NCBI GenBank assembly: GCA_033442325.1
Contig: JAWQFM010000001.1
Span: 2,226,456 to 2,253,724 of the forward strand
Length of the DNA: 27,269 bases
Source: Salpingoeca rosetta
Taxonomy: Eukaryota; Protista; Choanoflagellata
Direction of reading: 5' to 3'
Shown: piece after piece, positions 12,276-24,400 of the stretch
Layout of the letters: each line of letters opens with the position of its first letter
Position numbering within the stretch: position 1 is the first letter of the stretch
The notes under the pieces: generated by a model
Seen by the model: the letters and a program-made list of their open reading frames with translations, nothing else
Told to the model about the DNA's origin: nothing
The model's database searches: none
Translations under genes and position numbers: made by a program

Positions 12276-13553
12276 CACACACACACATGCACAGATTATC
12301 ATTGACCATGAGCAGATGGTGGTGCGGACGAAGACCCCGCAAGGGAAACTGCGTCGCGTGAGTTGGCTCGCCAGGTGCTTGCGCGTTATCAATGGGGGAT
12401 GTGTTTGGAATGATTGTGGAGCAACGGAACGAATGCCCAGTGCTGACGTGCATTTCAATGCCTTGCATCATCATCATCACCACACCACCAGGAGATCAAG
12501 ATTATGTTCCTCAGAGAGATCAACGTGATTGCAGCAGATGGGTTTGAGTTTGTAGTCAAGATTCGCTGGCAAGACCGTGCACCCACAGGTTTGTGCATGT
12601 GTGTTTGTGCATGTGTGTTTGTGCGCGTATGGTGTAGCTGTGTGTGCCTCTGAACGTGTCTGTGTATGTATGTCACAATGGGATGTGCGTGTGTTTGCGT
12701 CCGTTCTATGTTTGAGAGAACGAGATAAAGCAGGCATTCGTCGACAACGACTGGTCCAGGTGTCCACATGTCATGTTTGGAAGTTCTCACTCAAGCACGC
12801 ACACACATTCGCTTTTGTGTGCATGCTACAGATCACCCGGTGTACTTCCTCATCTTCGACGACGCAAAGGCACAGCGCAGCTTTGCCAAGCAGCTGCTGG
12901 ACCTCCGCATCCAGTCCACAGGGTTCCCGCCAAAGGGGGTGAGCCGCAGACCTGGCAATCAGCCACTCTACTGCACCCACAGTTGAAGCATTTTGGCATG
13001 CACCTCGCCCCTCCTTGTGTTCGCAAGTCTCAGTTCACTGCCGTTTACTATCGTTCATGCACATTCACCACCGCCCCCCACCACCTTGTGCATGCTTGCT
13101 ACTCCACCAGAATGCCGTAGATGTGCTGAAGCAAGAAGTCGAAGCAGAGGCGTCTGACGACCAAGGCGCCAGCATCCACGCGCCACCCGCACAGCAGGGC
13201 AAGCAGCCCGAAGCGGGCCAGGAGCGCGCGAGCGTGGCCTCCAATGCCAGCGCGTCGTCGTCGGACAGCGAGGAAGTCGGTGCCATGGGCAAAATCAACA
13301 CCACCCGCTTGCCAGAGGATGAACCGCCCAGCACAGAGAACACAGTCACCGTCATCACCGTCCTTGGCGCTTCTGGTTATCTCGCAAAGAGCAAAGTCTA
13401 CCCCGTGCTCTGGTACGTTTGACCCGTGTGGCTCGTGGCTGTGTTTGCTTCGCTCGTTGAGTGACGTGAAGCAAGGTTGTTCCGCGTCGTGTGACCTGCA
13501 AGCACGGCACACACACACATGATGCACACTCACCGGTGTCTCACGCCTTTGTA

Positions 13554-13584
<31 letters not shown>

Positions 13585-16500
13585 GCCTGCACGGTTACAT
13601 GCACCTGCGCGTGCAACTGCACGTACGCGTTGGATGTTGTGTGTCCCAGGACCATGTATCGCAAGAGCCTGATCCCGCGCTCGTCGCTGTTTGTCGGGTA
13701 TGCGCGGAGCAAGTTCACCAGTGAGGAGTTTATGGGCCGCCTTCGCCCGCATCTCGAGGTTGAATGACGCACGTGCACGTGCACATGCATTGGAAAGGGG
13801 TGGGGGAGGGAGTTGGCTGGCCTTTGGCATTTGCTGTGCGAAGTGTCATGGATGCAGGTGGCCTGATGCGGGCGGGTGGGTGTGCTAGGGTTTTGCGTGA
13901 TGGTTCTTGTTGTAATGGTGTCGTGCGTCGTGCGTGTTCTGTGGCTGAAACACAGGCGTCGGAAGAGGACGCGACGCTCCTGGACAAGTTTTTGCACCGC
14001 TGCGAGTACCAAGTCGGCACCTACGACGAAGAGGTGGGTTTTCGGAACAGCCCCTCCTTCTTTGCTAACCCCTGTTTCGCATTGCCACTGTCTGTCTGTC
14101 TGCCTCTCTCTCTCTCTCTCTGTTACTACGTCTGCCTGTTCCTCTCGGTCCTTATCTATTCTCATTCATTCATTCATTCATTCACTCACTCACTCACTCA
14201 CTCACTCACTCACTCACTCACTCACTCACTCGCTCACATGCACGCACGCACTCACTCACTCACTTACTCACACACTCACACACATGCACACACACATGCA
14301 CGCATGTTTTAGGAGTCGTTCCGGAAGCTGAACGAATACATTGATCTTCGTGTCGCTGCCAAGGGCAAACTGGTATGGCAAATAGCCAGCGTGACATCAT
14401 CCACTCACTCATGCATGCATCCGTCCATCAGTCTATCCGCCCACCAATGCATCCATTCATGGGGCGCGTGCACACCTCACACTCTGTGTTTCGCTCATGT
14501 GCCCTTTGTCCCCTACAGTACAGCAACCGTGTGTTCTACCTTGCTCTCCCCATCCCCGTCATCAAGACCGTCACAGAACACCTCAGCAAGCACTGCCAGG
14601 CACAGGTATCGTCTGGCACGCGGGCCTTGTGCGTTGCAGTTGCAGCTGCCAGCTCTGGCTTCGTGCTTACTGCTGGGCATGCACGCAGCCAGCGACCACT
14701 GTCACTTGCTTACATGCCCTTCTCCTCCGCACGCGTCTGGTGTGTTCGCTTGATGCCTGATGCCAGGCCGGGTGGACGCGCATTGTGCTGGAAAAACCGT
14801 TTGGAACAGACCTGGAGTCGTTCAAATCGCTCAGCGCGGTGCGTTTGGTGATGTTGTGCTCGTCACGCGTTGCTCGTTCGTGCGGACATTGGCGACGAAT
14901 GCTGTTGGAGGAAACAAACAACAAACCACCCTGACCGTGCCATATCCATGCTCCCTCACTGCTCACGGTCCCACCACCCCATGACACCTGGTGTGTTGCA
15001 TGGCAGCACCTGTTGAAGAGTTTCAAGGAGGAGCAGATTTACCGCATGGACCACTATCTTGGCAAGGAGATGGTGCAGAACTTGCTGCTGCTGCGCTTTG
15101 GCAACCGCATTTTCCATTCCGTGTGGAACCGCAACCACATCAAGGCTGTTATCATCTCCGTGAAAGAGCCGACGGCCCTGGGCGTCTACAACACCTACTT
15201 TGACCAGCAGGGCATCATCAGGTCAGCGGAGATGCGTTGCTGTGTACGGTCGCGCCTGAGCGTGTTGGGTGGAGAGAGAGGGAGCGGGTGTCAAACAGAG
15301 AGCACGTGTGGGTGTTTGTTTGTGTTTGTTTGACAGTGTGTGTTTGGTGTGTGTTTGTGCACGTCCACACACAGACACACAGACACACAGACACACAGAC
15401 ACACAGACACACAGACACACACGCACACACTTGCACGCACACGCACAGACACACACACCGCATATGATTTTGTGTTCTGACACCACGCCACCCATCTGTC
15501 ACTTATGACGTCATCACCAGGGACATGATCCAGAACCACCTGCTGCAGCTTGCGTCACTCGTTGCAATGGAGGCCCCGCTCACCCCCAAGGCCGATGACA
15601 TTCGCAAGGAGAAGCTCAAGTGCCTTCGCTGCTTCGAACAAGTCACATCAGACAGTGCGTATTTTTGCTTTGGCTTTATGTTGTGTCGTGTGTCGCGTGC
15701 TGTTTCGCATGGATGGCGCTGTTGGGCGCCAGTGTCGACTGAATGGGCGATATGATGTGACCGAGTAAGCACGTGGTGATGTATGTATGCGTGTGCGTGG
15801 CGTGGCGTGTGATGGCTGTGGTGGTATTGGTAGTCGAACGCTCACATGTGCATATGCTGTCCCGTCCATGATTGTCAGATGTTGTGATTGGCCAGTACAC
15901 GGCCTCTGCCGACCACTGCGGGTACAGGGAGGAGGAGGGCGTGGGTGCTGCGTCCAACACGCCGACGTTTGCTGTTGCGCGGCTCAACATCCGCAACGAC
16001 CGCTGGGACGGCGTCCCGTTTCTTCTCAAGTGCGGCAAGGGCCTCAACGAGAACAAGGCTGAGGTGCGCCACGCTGCTCGTTCGCGAGTCGTGTTACAGC
16101 GGAAAGGGGAAAGGGGAAAGGGGGTTTGCAGAGATGCTTTGGGTGGAGAGCTGGCGGTGTGGTTGAAGGTGTGTGTGTGTGTGTGTTGTGCGCAATAGGA
16201 ATGAATGGTGTCGGTGATGAACATGCACATATTGATTACGTGCAGTATGCCTGTACAGCGAGGACTTTTCTCACAGGAGCTGTTTGTTTGTTTGTTTGTT
16301 TGTTTGTTTGTTTGTTTGTTTGTTTGTTTGTTTGTTTGTTTGTTTGTTTGTTTGTTTGTTTGTTTGTTTGTTTGCGTGTGTTTGTTTGTTTGTTTGCGTG
16401 TGTTTGTTTGCGTGTGTTTGTTTGCGTGTGTTTGTTCGTTTGTTTGTTTGTGTTTGTGTGTGTGCTTGTGGCGCAGGTTCGCATCCAGTTCAAGGAGAAC

Positions 16501-17372
16501 GCCGGGGAGATCTTCAATGGAACGCACCGCAACGAGCTTGTGTTGCGCGTGCAGCCAAAGGAGCAAGTGCAGCTGAAGATGGATGTGAAGCAGCCCGGAA
16601 TGTCATTTGACACTGCGCAGACGCACCTGGACCTGTCGTACCCAGAGCGACTGCAGCTGGCAGCGGCGCCCACCGCATATGAACGCCTTCTCATCGACGT
16701 CATCCAGGGCAACACCACAAACTTCCTCACAGCGTGCGTTCTTAGGATTGTGGCTTGCGATTGCGGTTATGCATGCGGTTGTGGCTGTGATTGTGCTTGC
16801 GCGCTGTGGTTGCGGTGGTGGTGACTGTGGTGGTGGTGACTGTGGTGGATGTGACTGTGGTGGATGTGACTGTGTTTGCTCCGCTACCCTACTGCTGAAG
16901 CTCTTGCCTCCCCTTACCTCCCTCTTCCCCTGTCACCACTTGTCACCACCTGTCACCACGTCTTTGGCTGTGTAGGGCGGAGCTGGAGGAGGCGTGGCGC
17001 ATCTTTGCTCCCGTGCACGCCGACATCGACGCCCGCAAGATCCAGCCAGAGGCCTACACATACGGAAGCCGTGGGCCCGTGAGTGTGACAGCGTGTGCCT
17101 GTGTGTGTGTTTTTGTGTGTGTTTTTGTGTATTTGCTTGCGTGTGTGTGCTTTTGTGTATTTGCTTGTGTGTGTGTGTGGGTGTGTGCTTTTGTGTGTGC
17201 TTTTGTGTGTGTGTGTGTGTGCTTTTGTGTATTTGCTTGTGTGTGTGTGTGTGTCCGTTGTTGCTCACGTCGCTCACGTTGCTGGGCCATTGCATGTGCG
17301 CAGGAGTCTGCGGATGCGTTTATCAAGGACGCGGGCTACCAGTACGAGCAATACGACGACAAAGAGGCGTGA
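11643..17372 (+). CDS. G6PD: Glucose-6-phosphate 1-dehydrogenase homolog with N-terminal PH-like domain (16 exons, 669 aa)
   Basis: Exons 11643-11714, 12295-12357, 12492-12588, 12832-12938, 13111-13412, 13650-13758, 13956-14033, 14313-14372, 14519-14605, 14767-14838, 15007-15221, 15521-15654, 15879-16063, 16477-16733, 16976-17078, 17304-17372 (2010 nt, all GT-AG, phases consistent). G6PD signatures: GASGy[78 protein letters not shown]. The G6PD core is certain; joining of exons 1-4 is inferred from splice phases. Confidence 0.9.
12037..12290. repeat. Long interrupted (CA)n tract, G6PD intron 1
   Basis: Direct reading; runs to within a few nt of the acceptor AG at 12293-12294. Confidence 0.95.
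13550..13585. repeat. (TGTATG)n hexamer repeat
   Basis: Direct reading, G6PD intron 5. Confidence 0.85.
14162..14230. repeat. Compound (TCAT)n(TCAC)n microsatellite
   Basis: Direct reading, G6PD intron 7. Confidence 0.9.
16281..16460. repeat. (TTTG)n tetranucleotide repeat, degenerate 3' half
   Basis: Perfect to about 16373, then interrupted; G6PD intron 13. Confidence 0.92.
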
Positions 17373-17722
17373 TCACCACACACGCGCACACGCGTACACC
17401 CGTCACAGCGTTTTCATGTTGCTTTCCATTCCCCGTCTGTCTCTGCTTGCTTCTTTGTTCGTCTTGCTCTCAGTTGCTGTGCGTGCTTGCATGGTTCATT
17501 GATGATGATTGACTCGTTCCATGTTGTGTCGTTGTAATAGAACCTTGTGCTGGGCAAGAGTGGTCAATTGGCTCGTTGCACAACGACAATGAAGACAGTG
17601 GCGGTGATGAGGGGACCGACGAGGGCGGATGATGCTGACGTGAAAGAGCACCAGCCAACCAATAAGCAGGCAAAGGAGAAGGTGTGATGGGATAGGCTGG
17701 ACCGAGCTTTGCTGGTTGTTGA

Positions 17723-20312
<2,590 letters not shown>

Positions 20313-21239
20313 GGTGCAGTGTTGTTGTCGTTCGTTGTGGATGCTGCTATGGTGATTGATGCTGGTGGGGTTTGTGGTTATCGATGTTGGCGTCGTCGTT
20401 CGTTGTTGTTTCGTGACACGCACTCAACTCGGGCGCGGACTGCCTTCCTTGGTCGTTTCCACGTGGGTGTGAGTGCAACAAGTGCGCCCAGCCAGGGCAA
20501 GGAGCCTGTTTTGTGGTGATGTGGTGATGTGGTGATGTGGTGATGATGGTGTTGCCGAACACCAAGGCAGGGAGGACAAGTCCGCGTTCGCCTTTGCGCA
20601 GGGCGCGCTTGTTTGCTGATTGGCGGGTGTGGGATGGAGCAGATATGGCATTCGACAACGGCGCGTAAATGGACGCCAGGCAATAATTGCGCGTGCTCCC
20701 CAATTCTTTTGTTTCCCCCGTTTTGTGTTCAGATGTCGCCGGTTCAAGTCCATCCCACCACAAAACACCGCAAGCAAGTCGATGTTTTTTTTTCTCTCTC
20801 ATGTCTCGTTGCTGGGGGGACAAGTCCTTCGCCACACACAACATTCCACAAAAGAAAAATCGAGGATGATATGTACCAATTTCGCGTTACCAAGCTTCGT
20901 GTGCGCGCAAGCGAGAGTGAGAGTGACACAGGCCGTCGTCGTCCCCTTACACTTCTTGCTTGCTCCGTGGCTTGCTGCTTGTGTTGTCTTGCTCCAGCCA
21001 CGCACCCACGCACGCCAGCAGCACCTTCTTCTTCTTCCGCTTCGACTTGCAGACAAACGTGCGTACGTGGTGGACTCAACCCCTGTGCAATTGTTGGTTT
21101 TGGCTGTTGACTTGAGCGTGGCGAGCCACCACGTTGGTTGGCTGTCCTCCAAGCCATTCGCCTCTGCCACATCCTTTTGTTTGTGTTGTTGGATTTGGGA
21201 GTTGGCAGCTTCGTTCATTGTTGTGGTCCGCCATCGTGG

Positions 21240-21303
<64 letters not shown>

Positions 21304-21476
21304 CAACGAGCGCCCCTTGTCCTTTGTGTTAGTGTGCATGCTCAACAAGGTCTCGCACAAGGAAGATCTCCCCACAACCCGCAAACCACTTCTGTTCTGT
21401 GTTCTCCTTACTCACATAACACACACACACACACACAAACAGCAGCAGAGGTCACTTCTTCAGCCAGCCACACCAC
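20313..21476. promoter_or_regulatory. Probable divergent promoter region (zinc-ribbon gene / FoxN)
   Basis: About 1.16 kb separate divergent start codons; includes a (CA)n tract at 21241-21302. Confidence 0.4.
21241..21302. repeat. (CA)n microsatellite
   Basis: Direct reading. Confidence 0.95.
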
Positions 21477-24400
21477 ATGTCTGGATCTGGCCGTGGCACA
21501 GCGCGGAGGCGGCACGTTGCCTCTCGCCAGCCTTTGGAACCAATCCCCAGTGCCCACACGCCCGCAGATGATCGTACGTGTCTTCTGTGCCAGTAATTGT
21601 CGAACACACCAGCTGCAATGCCACCGTGCTACTTCGCGTGTGTGCACGTGTGCATGCATGCTTGCCTTTGCGTCCGCGCACGCGTGCGTGTGCGTGTGTG
21701 TGTCCCACACGACGAACCGTTCCTTCGTTCCTTCGTTCCTTCGTTCCTTCCCATGTGTTCCCACCTCTTGCCAGGGTCACCTTGCCTCCATCTAGCTGGC
21801 TTGAGCTTGTTCACTCATCCCTTGCATCGTGTCGTGCATATGCGGGTCCCCTCTATCCTCCCTCCAGCATCCAACTATGACTTGATGCCCATCGCAAGCA
21901 TGAACCAGTCTTTGTTCTCGTCAACAAAGAGTCTCTTCAAGATCCTCAAGCCCCTCGACTCCTGTACGTCGGTCGCGGTCATCATTTTGCTGCGCCCCCA
22001 CATGCATTCACGCACACATGCGCACGCACATGCGCTTGTGTGATGTTGCTCATGATGCTCACGCTCGTCGCATGCGTGTCTGCAGCTGGCCCGTTGCCCG
22101 GCCTCTCCGCGACTGGCAAGAGCTCTGCGGACCTGTGGCCCCATCCAGACACTCAAGGTGAGAACAGGCACAGCAGGAAACAAAGCCCTATTGTCCATAG
22201 GGTGGAGCGTGGGTGTTTGACTGCGCTGTGCCAATGACTGTAGCGTGTGTGTGTGTGTGTGTGCTTGTGCGTGCGTTGCTGAAGCGATGATGCAGTTTGT
22301 GCCGTGCACACCCCTGCATCATATGCTGACATGCACAGCTCACCACCATCGGCGTGTGTTCCTCTTTGTCCTGCGCAGTGAAACTCGAGGACCTTCCGGA
22401 CCTTGCTGCCGCCTGCCGTGTTGTGGATGAGTTCACGGCTGCGCGCAACACCGTGCAGCAGCTGACCGGCAGCGACGTCCAGGCTGATATCGACGCCGTC
22501 AAGCAAGCGCAACATCTCCTCGCATCCAAGCCCACCCTCTCCTTTCCCTGGTCTGCACCTGTGTGCTCTGTGTGCGTACGTGTGTTTGTGCGTGTGTGAG
22601 TGCGTGCGTGCGCGTGTGTTTGTGTGTTTGTGTGTGTGCGTGTGTGTTTGGTCGTTTGTGTGTGTGCGTGTGTGCGTGCGTGCGCGCGCGCGTGTGTGTA
22701 TGTGTGTGTATACTCTGTACAACGCAGGGTGTGATTGCACGTGTGAAATACGTCGTACGCACGTGATCGCACCTTACGCACGTGATCGCACCTCACACTT
22801 GGCATGTGGCGTGTTTGTTGCGGCAGCATGATGGCCCTTGCTCTTCTGGACAGCCCAGCCAAGCGCCTTACCGTCAGCGAAATCTACAAGGTAACACGTG
22901 TGTGTGGATGTGTGTGGATGTGTGTGGATGTGTGTGGATGTGTGTGGATGTGTGCGTGTGTCAGTTTGTCAGTTATTGCAGGTGTATGTGTCTGCACGGC
23001 TGTGTGCATGCAAGATCATGTTGCGTGCGCTCACGCGACTCGCCAACGCTGCTGCAACCAATTGTGCAGTGGATCAAGGCCATGTTTCCCTACTTTGCCA
23101 GCTTAGAGGCGGGGTCTGGCTGGAAAAACTCTGTTCGACACAACCTCAGGTAATGGCAATGAGGACAGGCCAGCCGCACAGCAGCACTTGAGCACACACA
23201 GAGATTGGGAAGCACACACGCACAGAAGGCTACACAGACAGACGCACAGGCACAGACAGGCAGGCAGACACACAGACAAACGCACAGACGCACAGACAAA
23301 CACACACAGACACACAGACAAACGCACAGACGCACAGACAAACACACACAGACACACAGACAAACGCACAGACACACAGGGACAGACAGGCAGGCAGACA
23401 CACTCACACAGACACATGCCATACGCGTGATGCTGCAAACAGACCTCACCTTTGTTTTGCATGCATGCAACGCAGTTTGAATTCGCACTTCAAGCGTGTG
23501 TCCCGGGAATCAAACGGAACAGAGAAACCGGCGTCTGTCGGCAAAGGGTCATACTGGTCCCTCAAGTCCATGTCGCTCCCGCATATGGAGGATCAAATGG
23601 CCGCCATCACATCATCATCCGTGAGTCACACGTGATCGTGTGTGCGTGTGTGTGTGTGTGTGCGTGTGCGTATTCGTGTTCGCGATCGTGTGCCTGTGTT
23701 GTTGTTGGGCGTGCTTTCCTGTCTCTGAGCGTTCTGCTAGTGCACACCACAATTATTATGCTGAACGGTTTCCTTCTACTTCACCTGTGTGTTTTGTTTT
23801 GTGCTGTGAAGGACTGCGCCCGTCGCTATCTGGATGGCATCCAGCACGCCAAGCGTGTCGTCGACACCTTTGCACAGACCAAACCGATCCTCTCCCCATC
23901 AAAACTCAACGCAACAGACAGTATGTTGTCTTGCCCCCGGGCCCGTTATTCCTTGACAGTCACGTCTCATGTCATCACACAGCATCACACACACACAGAC
24001 ACACACACACAGACACACACGCACACACAGACACACACACACAGACAGAGCAACGTGTGCGATGTGCCCGTATTTCCTCCTCATATGGCACTTAAACTCA
24101 TGTGTGTGTGTGTGTGCATTCTTCCTTCACAGCACCGCGGCGACGAAGACGACAATCAAAGTCAAAGACAGCACGCGCCCGTGACATGCGCGAACGTACG
24201 CAACTGCTTTGTGTGCGTTTGTGAGGGAGAGCTGTTCTACATTTCCTCAGCCGTTTTTACTTTGGGAATGCACTCATGTGTCAATGCTCACTGGTGTTCT
24301 TGCTGTCTCTTGCGCTGCATGACTTTCCGTTGCAGTGGATGCCATTGCACACACACTGCTGTCCCTCAAGTCTGCAAACGCCAAAGGATTCAGATCAAAG

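Noticed and set aside
13111-17372. G6PD as pseudogene or as H6PD/6PGL fusion
   Set aside because: Frame and splice sites are intact throughout; no signal peptide or lactonase domain.
259-17372. Functional cluster of membrane-associated genes (endophilin, Rho, PH-G6PD)
   Set aside because: Adjacency alone in a gene-dense eukaryotic genome is weak evidence; it would need conserved synteny or co-expression.
20620-21795. 391-aa + ORF upstream of FoxN
   Set aside because: Crosses a (CA)n tract, has no domain, and is out of frame with the plausible first exon.
22731-23380. Short direct repeats (19-, 10- and ~42-bp units) as CRISPR-like array
   Set aside because: Tandem without unique spacers, inside eukaryotic introns, no cas genes.
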